From IMG/VR virus record IMGVR_UViG_3300043418_000072, positions 290,099-354,098 of that record: DNA of 64,000 nt; one strand, given 5' to 3'. Below are positions 1 to 7,877 of this stretch, piece by piece (position 1 is the first letter of the stretch; every line of letters starts with the position of its first letter). Position numbers and translations under genes: made by a program. Below the pieces are notes generated by a model that saw only the letters and a program-made list of their open reading frames with translations, was not told the origin of the DNA and searched no databases.

Positions 1-314
1 CCCGGATACTTGGCAAGTATGTTATCCTGCGGTCCAGGTTTTTGCGTTATCGGTATTGGGTTGCAGAGAAAAAATACTTTACTAACATCAAAACTAGTTG
101 CCCGTGTGCCACTATTATTAGGCCATATTTCGTTGTCTTTCCACGCCGAAACATTTTGTATATTCCATTGCGTGGACTTTGTTTTGTGTACGTTGATTGT
201 TCCGTTTTCGAAGCAACACTTATATTGGCCGCTGAGTAGCAACAGGTACAAACAAAAGAATCCGCCACTACCTCCAAAATAACAAATAGTTACATCAGCT
301 GGCTTCTGCGTCAT
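1..314 (-). CDS. Hypothetical protein, 5' part (runs off window): MTQKPADVTICYFGGSGGFFCLYLLLLSGQYKCCFENG...
   Basis: Hand translation; ATG at 314 overlaps the upstream gene's TGA (ATGA); frame open to window edge, so absent from ORF track. Confidence 0.65.
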   Translation of the reverse strand, partial: MTQKPADVTICYFGGSGGFFCLYLLLLSGQYKCCFENGTINVHKTKSTQWNIQNVSAWKDNEIWPNNSGTRATSFDVSKVFFLCNPIPITQKPGPQDNILAKYP

Positions 315-1207
315 CGGGCAACCCCAGTTAACTCTGATACAATAGTTTGTACTGTCTTAATTGAACTAATGTAATCAATTGCTTTGCCCGCAAATACATG
401 CCCAGCAGTCGGACTCTTGATTCCCAGTTCTAGTCCCATTGTGTGATTACCATCTACGTCAGGCTCTGAAGAAAATACCAAAGCATTTTGATGAGCTTCG
501 CCAATATTCTTTACTTGATCAAATGACGATTCGATCATTTTCAGTTTGGTTTCAGTTGAAATAGATGATTCTTCTGATACTGCAAATATTGTTCCCAACC
601 CAACTGCACATGCTCCTGCATCCAAGCAGTCTTGTATATCTTGTGCCGACGTTACGCCGCCCGATGCGATAATATTTAGATTGCTGTGGGTCGATTTTAG
701 TTGCTTGATTCTATCCACTAGACTAATTGACACGTCTGCAACACGGGACGCAGCATCTGGTCCCTTTATATCAATTGCATCAATGTAATTAACTAAGTCC
801 CCAATAGGGCGTGTGCTCAATACTTTGTAGATTATCTTAATTTTATATTTTCTAAAAAGTTTAATGATATTTGTTAAACGAATGTTTGTTAAGTCTACAT
901 CATCAAACAATTCCAAGTAATTTGGATGGTATTTTAGAATAGCTTCAACCAGCGTTGTATCTTTTAATAAAAAATCCGATCGCAGTGCAAGAATAAAATC
1001 ACGAGACCCAGATTGCTCAGTGAATTCTTTCATCTCCGACACAATCTTTGTTACGTCAAGAGTCAATCGAGACTCAATATAATTGTGTACTACCAGGCTT
1101 GGCAGACAGCCTGCGTTGTGAACCGCGAGAGCCAACTTAACGTCGGACACTCTATTCATTGGCGCACAAATAATAGGATGTGTACAAGATAAAAAATTGT
1201 TTTGCAT
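311..1207 (-). CDS. Nitronate monooxygenase / 2-nitropropane dioxygenase-like FMN oxidoreductase
   Basis: PIICAPMN at N-terminus; IIASGGV...GACAVGLGTIF...ESS; HVFAGKA near C-terminus. Confidence 0.8.
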   Translation of the reverse strand: MQNNFLSCTHPIICAPMNRVSDVKLALAVHNAGCLPSLVVHNYIESRLTLDVTKIVSEMKEFTEQSGSRDFILALRSDFLLKDTTLVEAILKYHPNYLELFDDVDLTNIRLTNIIKLFRKYKIKIIYKVLSTRPIGDLVNYIDAIDIKGPDAASRVADVSISLVDRIKQLKSTHSNLNIIASGGVTSAQDIQDCLDAGACAVGLGTIFAVSEESSISTETKLKMIESSFDQVKNIGEAHQNALVFSSEPDVDGNHTMGLELGIKSPTAGHVFAGKAIDYISSIKTVQTIVSELTGVAR

Positions 1208-1222
1208 CAGATACTTATCTTA

Positions 1223-1296
1223 TGGTGCTCCCACTAAGAATCGAACTTAGGACTGCGCTATACCACAGCGCCGATATACCATTTACCTATGAGAGC
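1223..1296 (-). tRNA. tRNA-Thr(GGT)
   Basis: Cloverleaf, stem GCGCT/AGCGC, loop GTGGTAT (unusual G32), TTCGATT, CCA. Confidence 0.75.
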
Positions 1297-1302
1297 AGGT
1301 GT

Positions 1303-2511
1303 TTATTTTGTTTGTATAGAGAATACGTCTGTAAACGATTCGCCCCTAATAACATCATACTTCTTTGTATAGTCAAAGAATGCAGATGGCATATTTGGCG
1401 TTAATGTTGATAACGCTTGTTTCACATTTAGTAGCTCAGTAACCAATACTACATAATTTGGTGCAGTTAGTATTTCAACTGCTTTGTTAATTTGCTCAAT
1501 TGCCCGGCCCCGCAGTTGATTAGGCAAGTTGTTAAAGTTCATGCCTGGCGGAGAAGTTACGTTATAGCACTTCACGCCAATGGTGTTGTTTTCGTTATAT
1601 AGCCGCATCAGGAACGTTGCTGTTTCTGCAAAATCCATTAAACTATATGCAGATATTGCTGTTGTAACTTCCATCTTAAACGGCGATTGAAGTTGGTTAA
1701 GTCTAAGTACGTTACTTTCAACTTTTGGCCAATCTGTTCCGCTGCGAATATATTCTGCCGATTTACCCACTGCGTCAATGCTCATTACCATCTGCACTGT
1801 TTTAAATTTACTAAGACGGTCAACAAACAATGGGTTATACACACTGCAATTGGTGTATAGCTCTAGGTTAATTTCTTTGTTGAATCCGTTATCTATTAGA
1901 TAATCAAGGTAGTCGTAATATTCTTTTATTAAGAATGGTTCCCCACCCGTTAAGCATACTTTCCATACTGAGGCCAAGAAGGCAGGGTCCTTAAGACCCT
2001 CAATAGAATTGCTTTCAATTTTTGTAATAGGTATCACACTGTACTCAATGTGGCTACCTTCTTTATCTGGTTTAATGTTGTGCTGAATCTTTTCTGCTGC
2101 AAAGCTAGAGCTAGATGTTTCATCGCACATTCTGCATTTCATGTTACACAGATTACTAAATCTAAGTTCAATGCGGCCCGGTACTGTCGGTGTGTCGGCT
2201 GTAAATTTATTTGCAAACCATTGATCTTCGTACTCGGGTTCTGGGCCTACATTATAGTAATTCCAAATTGCGCCGCGTGTGCTTTTTAGCCCCATGTCTT
2301 CTTTTGTCTTGCAGCCGCCACATGCAGTTGGGGCAGTGCCACTCAGCATATCTGTCTTCATCTGCTTGAGCCAATCACTGTTGATATACTCAGCGGGTGT
2401 CATGCCAGACTCTAAGTTCTTGATGTAATGACACGGACTAGGAGAGTTGGCGTGATAGTACATCATTGTCCACGGTGCTGGGCAAAAGAACTTCTCAGAA
2501 AACTTTGCCAT
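1303..2511 (-). CDS. Radical SAM protein with N-terminal twitch/SPASM-like Cys motifs
   Basis: CNMKCRMC (CxxxCxxC), LTGGEP, YTN, MSIDA. Confidence 0.85.
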   Translation of the reverse strand: MAKFSEKFFCPAPWTMMYYHANSPSPCHYIKNLESGMTPAEYINSDWLKQMKTDMLSGTAPTACGGCKTKEDMGLKSTRGAIWNYYNVGPEPEYEDQWFANKFTADTPTVPGRIELRFSNLCNMKCRMCDETSSSSFAAEKIQHNIKPDKEGSHIEYSVIPITKIESNSIEGLKDPAFLASVWKVCLTGGEPFLIKEYYDYLDYLIDNGFNKEINLELYTNCSVYNPLFVDRLSKFKTVQMVMSIDAVGKSAEYIRSGTDWPKVESNVLRLNQLQSPFKMEVTTAISAYSLMDFAETATFLMRLYNENNTIGVKCYNVTSPPGMNFNNLPNQLRGRAIEQINKAVEILTAPNYVVLVTELLNVKQALSTLTPNMPSAFFDYTKKYDVIRGESFTDVFSIQTK

Positions 2512-2527
2512 TATGGCTCCTGTATTA

Positions 2528-2603
2528 TGGTGCCTCTAACCGGATTCGAACCAGTGACACAAGGATTTTCAATCCTCTGCTCTACCAACTGAGCTATAAA
2601 GGC
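2528..2603 (-). tRNA. tRNA-Phe(GAA)
   Basis: Cloverleaf, loop TTGAAAA, CCA. Confidence 0.95.
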
Positions 2604-2706
2604 AAATTTAAATGGCATTGTGGGTTCCTACCACACCTGAACCTTGTTCCACCGCTCGTTCAAAGACTTATGTGGCGATCCCGTGCATTCGCATTACACC
2701 ATACCA

Positions 2707-2818
2707 TATAGAAGCACTCTCAAATGCAGGCATAGGAGGAGTCAAGCTCTGAAACTTTCGCATCTGCAGATACTAGGCTTCTTCTCCCGCTTTGACTTAT
2801 GCCAAGAATACTTCTATA
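2707..2818 (-). ncRNA. Long-stem structured RNA candidate
   Basis: Inverted repeat 2707-2720/2805-2818 plus inner GCATA..GTCAAG / CTTTGACTTATGC helix. Confidence 0.45.
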
Positions 2819-3045
2819 TAGGCTCCACCGTTAACGACAGCATTCGTCCTGGCTTTATTTTATGTCGGTTAATGCACGGTGGACACACATGCCGACGGGG
2901 TTACAGTTTCAATGATGGGATTCGAACCCACTAACTACCCGTGCGCTGCGGGTTGTGCTACGCTCAATATAAAACTGGTTTACTCTGTTTCGAACCAGAC
3001 CAACAGTATATCTTTGCACTATCTTTCCATGTCGTCTTCATTGTT

Positions 3046-3146
3046 ACCATATAGAAACACACTATGTGGAATCGAACCACTGACCCTTTCACTCCGTAGA
3101 GACCGTGCAATACGCTTAGTCGCCGACTAGTATGTTTTTATATGGT
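3046..3146 (-). ncRNA. Long-stem RNA with tRNA T-arm
   Basis: 19-nt inverted repeat (wobble pairs) enclosing GTGG-TTCGATT-CCAC. Confidence 0.55.
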
Positions 3147-3220
3147 AGAAGCACTGGGGCTCGAACCCAGGACCCTCGGATTAAAAGTCCGATGCTCTAA
3201 ACCAACTGAGCTATACTTCC
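3143..3220 (-). tRNA. tRNA-Lys(TTT)
   Basis: Cloverleaf, loop CTTTTAA, CCA. Confidence 0.95.
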
Positions 3221-3227
3221 ATGACCT

Positions 3228-3358
3228 TACCATATCAAAGTACGCTACGGAATCGAACCGCAGTCGTCAACCTTTCCCTCCAGGGCAATTGATACAATTA
3301 TAGCTTCCACAGGAGCGACCTGATTCACTATAATGCACTAGCGTACTTTGATATGGTA
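3228..3358 (-). ncRNA. Long-stem RNA with tRNA T-arm
   Basis: Perfect 20-bp inverted repeat taccatatcaaagtacgcta / tagcgtactttgatatggta; GCGG-TTCGATT-CCGT inside. Confidence 0.6.
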
Positions 3359-3428
3359 GGGGCACAGAGAATCGAACTCTGGTTCTCTGGTTAAAAGCCA
3401 GATACTTTAGCCGCTAAGTTATACCCCC
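3354..3428 (-). tRNA. tRNA-Lys(TTT)
   Basis: Cloverleaf, loop CTTTTAA, CCA. Confidence 0.93.
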
Positions 3429-3431
3429 ATA

Positions 3432-3506
3432 TGGTCCACAGCCAGAGAATCGAACTCTGTTAGCCCGGGTAAGAGCCGGGTACTTCGCCAGCAAAGTTTG
3501 CTGTGG
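3432..3506 (-). tRNA. tRNA-Lys(CTT)
   Basis: Cloverleaf, CCCGG/CCGGG stem, loop CTCTTAC, CCA. Confidence 0.9.
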
Positions 3507-3519
3507 ATGGATTCGTAAA

Positions 3520-3594
3520 TTACTTTTCTTTTACGTGCCATCCAGGACCATACGGGGGTCTAGGATGACACTATCGTTTACCTGAACGTTTCAT
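3520..3594 (-). other. Mini-ORF MKRSGKR-UAG followed by a hairpin (read-through would give MKRSGKR-X-CHPRPPYGPGWHVKEK)
   Basis: AGGA upstream; TAG at 3573-3571; hairpin TGTCATCC/GGATGGCA begins immediately after the TAG. Confidence 0.5.
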
Positions 3595-3608
3595 GACATT
3601 TTTCCTTT

Positions 3609-4280
3609 TTAATTCCAAAGTAAGTCAAAGTTGCCAGCTAACACTTTCTTAACGCTTGCAGTCTTGTCACTTACGTGATCTTTAACTGTATCGTCTTGAA
3701 AGCGGTATGTGCGAATTTTGTCTCCTCGCATCCCTGAACCAACTTGTTGCTTTCTGTTGCTTGCTAAGTTGTTATTATAACAGTCTTTTGTTATCTTGTC
3801 AACTCTTTCTCTAATAGTTTGCATGGCTTCTGCCAAACTATTTTCCCTACTGCGGCACTGTGCTGTTACTACTGTGCCGCTAGGTACGTGCGTAACACGG
3901 GCACTGTTTTGGTGCTTGTTACGGTGTTGTCCTCCTGCGCCTGTTCCGCTGTACCATTCAATCTTCAGATCTGAGTCAAGAATAGCAGTGGTCGGCACAC
4001 TTGGATCAACGACAGCGACAGTAACGGTACTAGTATGTACTCGTCCTTTTCGCTCAGTTGGTGGTACACGCTGTATTCGGTGTCCACCTGGCTCGTTGTA
4101 TAAGCCAGATAAATCAGCACCCTCGACTAAGATATGAACTTCGCCAAGATACTCATTTATCAGGCGGCTAGTTCAGCCCTTGCTGTGTGCAAATTTAATG
4201 TAGGCTTGCGCCAAGTCTTTTACAAATAGTTTACTGTCTTCGCCACCTTCTGCGGCACGGACTTCAATTACACGTTTCAT
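3609..4280 (-). CDS. prfA: RF1-like peptide chain release factor lacking domain 1, with in-frame UGA at codon 36
   Basis: Hand translation: IEVRAAEGG...SKG*TSR...EPGGHRIQRVPPTERKGRVHTS...GAGGQH...GSGMRGDKIRTY; PxT and GGQ motifs; TGA 4175-4173 is in frame with ORF 3609-3998. Confidence 0.9.
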
Positions 4281-4605
4281 ATTCATTTTTCTCTTTTAAT
4301 CGCATAGCTTCTAATCTTGCTTTCAAGAATAGTTCAACTACATCTTTATTTAACTTAGTAAATCCTGTCTTGATTAGAAAGAACAATTCGTCTTTTTCTG
4401 ACTCAAGCCATACCACGTGAGCATCACCTGTATTGCCCACTGCCCCAAGTCCTTCGGGGTTGCTGAATCTCTGTGCCGCGTTACAAATGAACGCAAACTT
4501 TACCCCAAAGTCCCTTGATAGTACTTCTGGACCAGTGGCCTCACCTTGGGCAATCCGGTACACATAGTTGTACTCGTACGGAACGTCAACGTAGACTTTG
4601 TGCAT
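4264..4605 (-). CDS. Hypothetical protein
   Basis: 113-aa ORF packed between phosphatase and RF gene, overlapping both. Confidence 0.65.
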   Translation of the reverse strand: MHKVYVDVPYEYNYVYRIAQGEATGPEVLSRDFGVKFAFICNAAQRFSNPEGLGAVGNTGDAHVVWLESEKDELFFLIKTGFTKLNKDVVELFLKARLEAMRLKEKNEYETCN

Positions 4606-5108
4606 TAGATATCACCTTCGTGGCTTGGGGGTAAAATGATACCACCTGCGCTGTATTGGTATGGTTGACCATTGATTGTTGGCTCTTCGTTCTCATCGTA
4701 TGTCCATCCCAGATGCTTCATCATGCGATGCTTGACTAGCAAGTTAGGAGCACGAAATGCTTCAGTGTCATCAAACCCAAGCATGACCCCAACTTCACAA
4801 ACTGCACCACTGCGGCAAACACCGGCATGGCAGTGAACAATCACGTTCATGCGATTCTCTAGTGCATGTTGCAACAAACGAACTAGCTCCGCAGCTTGCT
4901 CGTGACTGCAACGCATTTCTTCTTCAAGAACGTAGTCCTTTTCCTCTACATCGAGGAACTCAAATTGATGAACTTCTCTAAACTTGTAAAGGGGGGTAGG
5001 ACACTCGCTCCCGCAGTCAACAATTTGAATCAACATAGCGTTATCACCGGGGTTTATGTGAAACCCTTTAGTGACATCGCTACGTGCTACGTTTTGGATC
5101 CAGGGCAT
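4605..5108 (-). CDS. Dual-specificity / tyrosine phosphatase family protein
   Basis: HCHAGVCRS = CX5R loop; start reassigned to MPWIQ (AAGGA RBS). Confidence 0.8.
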   Translation of the reverse strand: MPWIQNVARSDVTKGFHINPGDNAMLIQIVDCGSECPTPLYKFREVHQFEFLDVEEKDYVLEEEMRCSHEQAAELVRLLQHALENRMNVIVHCHAGVCRSGAVCEVGVMLGFDDTEAFRAPNLLVKHRMMKHLGWTYDENEEPTINGQPYQYSAGGIILPPSHEGDI

Positions 5109-5280
5109 TTTGTTTCCTTGTGTTAAATACAGTATGAGCAAACCCAATCCTGGATTCGATGAATTACTTAAACTCGGCAACGGAACTTATTCCAATGCTA
5201 AGAGCTTCTCTTGTGTTAAACATTTTACACGAGATTATCCTGAAAAGCAAGATTTGCCTTTTGTACAGGATATGAAATTC

Positions 5281-5314
5281 TGGCAGAGGATAGTGGAATC
5301 GAACCACTAATGAC
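5281..5314 (-). pseudogene. tRNA 3' half fragment (T-arm + acceptor strand + GCCA)
   Basis: GTCATTAGTGGTTCGATTCCACTATCCTCTGCCA abutting the CCA of tRNA-Gln. Confidence 0.7.
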
Positions 5315-5392
5315 TGGCAGGGGTTATCGGATTCGAACCGATGATACTAATTTCAAAGACTAGTGCTTTAGGCCAAACTAAGCTAAACCCCA
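5315..5392 (-). tRNA. tRNA-Gln(TTG)
   Basis: Loop CTTTGAA, G73, CCA. Confidence 0.88.
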
Positions 5393-5396
5393 ACAA

Positions 5397-5798
5397 TTAT
5401 CTATATTTTTCCAAGTTGTTTAATGTCCATCTACCGACATTTTTACCTTTATTTCTACCAGCAAATGTATCTGTTTGACTATGGCAGTTAGGACATAATA
5501 ATCTTAGATTATCTAGTTTATTATTACTTGAGTCACCGTTTATGTGGTCCACTTGACACTTAATTGGACGACTGGCCCATTCGGATATTCCGCAAGTGGA
5601 ACACTTGTTACCAAATAAACTCATTAACACACTGTATATTGTTGGCCGATTTGTTATTTGCCCATCAACAATAAGTTTTTTATTTTCTGCTAATACCATA
5701 CTAGATTTATGCTGACTCTGGCATGCGTGATTACAATAAACTCTCTCTTGTGTTGAATATCTTGGTATGATTTCTTTTTTACAATTTAAGCATAACAT
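5397..5798 (-). mobile_element. HNH homing endonuclease inserted in tRNA array
   Basis: CSTCG...QVDHINGDSSNNKLDNLRLLCPNCHSQT. Confidence 0.88.
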
Positions 5799-5953
5799 AG
5801 TGTTATTCTCCTTAATTGTATTTATAACGTTGGCTTGATTGTGCCAACGTTATACCAAATTGGTGGACAACCGTTTAACGTCCGATCGCCCAAAGACGGG
5901 GTCTGTGTGCTAACAATTTATCCTATTATACGCCGCTAGCAAAGGCGAGGCTC

Positions 5954-6028
5954 TGGGGAGAAGTACGGGAATCGAACCCGTGATAGCGGAATCACAACCC
6001 GCGGTTTTGCCACTAAACTAACGACTCC
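5954..6028 (-). tRNA. tRNA-His(GTG)
   Basis: Loop TTGTGAT, G-1:C73, CCA. Confidence 0.92.
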
Positions 6029-6035
6029 ATAACTC

Positions 6036-6245
6036 TTAGTCGCGCAACTTTTTCAAGTACTCGCGGCCAATTTTTCCTTCTTCAATTTCTTTCAACACTG
6101 TTGCAGTGATGCCACCAGCGCCACTTACTTTTGCAGCATGTCCTCGCTTGAGTTCACGTGCTCGTGCGCTTGCAATAAGCACTAGATCAAAACGATTACC
6201 AACTTGGTCTACTGCTGCTGCTGAAGTGTTTCTACTATTTGACAT
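6036..6245 (-). CDS. rpoZ: RNA polymerase omega subunit
   Basis: VGNRFDLVLIASARAREL...TVLKEIEEGKI matches the RpoZ signature. Confidence 0.88.
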   Translation of the reverse strand: MSNSRNTSAAAVDQVGNRFDLVLIASARARELKRGHAAKVSGAGGITATVLKEIEEGKIGREYLKKLRD

Positions 6246-6255
6246 AACTACCCTT

Positions 6256-6684
6256 TTAAAAATCTTCCGTAACTTGCTTTAAGCCTTCAATTTGGTCAAG
6301 CTCAAAGTCTTCAATGTGCTTAACTGATCCGCCATAGTAGCCATTGTGGCTGTTACGCACTTCAATGTCAATGTAGCCGCGGTCGGTTTTGATAGTCCAG
6401 AACCCGTCTTGAACTACTTCGTATCCGTCTTCTTCGCGATTATCGCCCCAGCCTTTGTCTTCTGTTTCAGTCACCAATGCGCCACGCAATAGATCAAAGC
6501 TGTTACCTTCACCTAGGATAGTAGCACCATTGATGTGATTGAACCACACGCTGTTGCAACAATCGTTCTGTGTATCAAAACGAAAATACTTGCCGCTAAC
6601 TGTACGGAATACCAATGCCCAGCTGTCGTTGCCTAGAAAGATTCCGTTAATGCGCTCACCGCGCAATACTTTGAATGCTGACAT
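6256..6684 (-). CDS. Hypothetical phage protein
   Basis: ORF; start reassigned to MSAFK (AAGGA RBS) to avoid overlap with tRNA-Arg. Confidence 0.7.
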   Translation of the reverse strand: MSAFKVLRGERINGIFLGNDSWALVFRTVSGKYFRFDTQNDCCNSVWFNHINGATILGEGNSFDLLRGALVTETEDKGWGDNREEDGYEVVQDGFWTIKTDRGYIDIEVRNSHNGYYGGSVKHIEDFELDQIEGLKQVTEDF

Positions 6685-6702
6685 TGTATTTCCTTTGTTG
6701 AT

Positions 6703-6777
6703 TGGTGCGTCTGGATGGAATCGAACCACCATTCCTAAGTTCGTAGCCTAGTGTACTTTCCATTGTACTACAGACGC
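6703..6777 (-). tRNA. tRNA-Arg(ACG)
   Basis: Loop CTACGAA, CCA. Confidence 0.92.
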
Positions 6778-6781
6778 AAAT

Positions 6782-6858
<77 letters not shown>

Positions 6859-6969
6859 AATATGCTTTACAACACTGTGGGCTGTCCACTCAAGTCCGTG
6901 TCAGACATATAGCAGTACACTAAATCTCGTCTACTATACATTCCAGTTTACTGCTGGTTCAGTTAAAAT

Positions 6970-7045
6970 TGGTGGAGAATATCGGACTCGAACCGATCAC
7001 CTACAGCTTGCAAAGCTGCCGCTCTCCCAGATGAGCTAATTCCCC
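6970..7045 (-). tRNA. tRNA-Ala(TGC)
   Basis: Loop TTTGCAA, G3:U70, CCA. Confidence 0.95.
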
Positions 7046-7049
7046 AATT

Positions 7050-7123
7050 TGGATGCGGGTGCAAGATTTGAACTTGCGATGCTCCGAGCTTATGAGACTG
7101 GAGTGGTGGCCGCCCTACCCGCT
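7050..7123 (-). tRNA. tRNA-Met(CAT), atypical (unpaired 1:72, reduced D-arm)
   Basis: Loop CTCATAA, T-arm GCAAG-TTCAAAT-CTTGC, CCA. Confidence 0.7.
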
Positions 7124-7130
7124 ATAACCT

Positions 7131-7204
7131 TGGTGCCCCATAACAGAATCGAACTGCTATCCCCGGATTACAAAACCGGTGTTCTACCATTTAACTAATG
7201 GGGC
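7131..7204 (-). tRNA. tRNA-Thr(TGT)
   Basis: Loop TTTGTAA, CCA. Confidence 0.9.
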
Positions 7205-7210
7205 GAAATT

Positions 7211-7286
7211 TGGCTGGCAAACCTGGGCTCGAACCAGGGACATCTTGATTAACAGTCAAGCGCTCTACCGACTGAGCTATATGCCA
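7211..7286 (-). tRNA. tRNA-Asn(GTT)
   Basis: Loop CTGTTAA, G73, CCA. Confidence 0.95.
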
Positions 7287-7294
7287 ATAACACT

Positions 7295-7323
7295 ATTATA
7301 TATGACACGCACATGCTTGTCAA
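7295..7323 (-). promoter_or_regulatory. Sigma70-type promoter
   Basis: TTGACA-N17-TATAAT. Confidence 0.85.
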
Positions 7324-7330
7324 TAAATTT

Positions 7331-7405
7331 TGGTACCCGATGCAAGATTTGAACTTGCGACCAACGGCTTATCAAGCCGCTGCTCTACCACTGAGCTAAC
7401 CGGGT
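7331..7405 (-). tRNA. tRNA-Ile(GAT)
   Basis: Loop TTGATAA, CCA. Confidence 0.95.
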
Positions 7406-7413
7406 AAATTAAA

Positions 7414-7618
7414 TTTGTAAGTAGTTGAGCCGCTGTTATCTCAACGCTTCACCCGAATTAACTAGTCCGGACGGGGGCAGTCTGCCACTAGGAATACTTG
7501 TCCAGTACAGCCTCCAAATGGCCCGCGCACGGTGGGATTCGAACCCATTAACCTTTTACTAAACAACACCTTCGAAGAATATTGAATAGCGTGACGTTCT
7601 CTTGCTGACACTTACAAA
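7414..7618 (-). ncRNA. About 205-nt structured RNA with terminal stem and internal T-arm
   Basis: TTTGTAAGT/ACTTACAAA ends; TGGG-TTCGAAT-CCCA; CTAGT/ACTAG and other helices. Confidence 0.55.
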
Positions 7619-7620
7619 AC

Positions 7621-7696
7621 TGGCGCCGTGGACGGGAATCGAACCCGCCTAGGTCTCATCGACAGTGAGGTGCCCTACCCAGAGAGCTACCACGGC
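7621..7696 (-). tRNA. tRNA-Asp(GTC)
   Basis: Loop CTGTCGA, G73, CCA. Confidence 0.92.
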
Positions 7697-7703
7697 ATTA
7701 ACT

Positions 7704-7778
7704 TGGAGCGGGTAGTCGGTATCGAGCCGACTACTCAAGTTTGGAAGACTAGTGTGTATCCGTAAACACCTTACCCGC
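7704..7778 (-). tRNA. tRNA-Gly(TCC)
   Basis: Loop CTTCCAA, CCA. Confidence 0.92.
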
Positions 7779-7785
7779 TAAAACT

Positions 7786-7872
7786 TGGAGGATAGAAACA
7801 GAATCGAACTGTTACCGCTTTCGCAGTAGATCGGTTTAGCAAACCAACTCGGCACCATGCACACTACTATCC
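7786..7872 (-). tRNA. tRNA-Ser(GCT)
   Basis: Loop TTGCTAA, long variable arm, CCA. Confidence 0.88.
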
Positions 7873-7877
7873 ATAAC

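Noticed and set aside
2613-2706. Hairpin-rich element ending in GCCA after tRNA-Phe
   Set aside because: Acceptor pairing and anticodon arm are inconsistent, so no tRNA or defined ncRNA could be supported
4140-4175. Selenocysteine insertion at the RF UGA
   Set aside because: The aligned residue is Trp, the hairpin lacks SECIS features, and no selC/selB lies in the window
5862-5950. Short element ending GTCCACCA next to tRNA-His
   Set aside because: Only a 6-bp stem and no convincing T-arm; too weak to call
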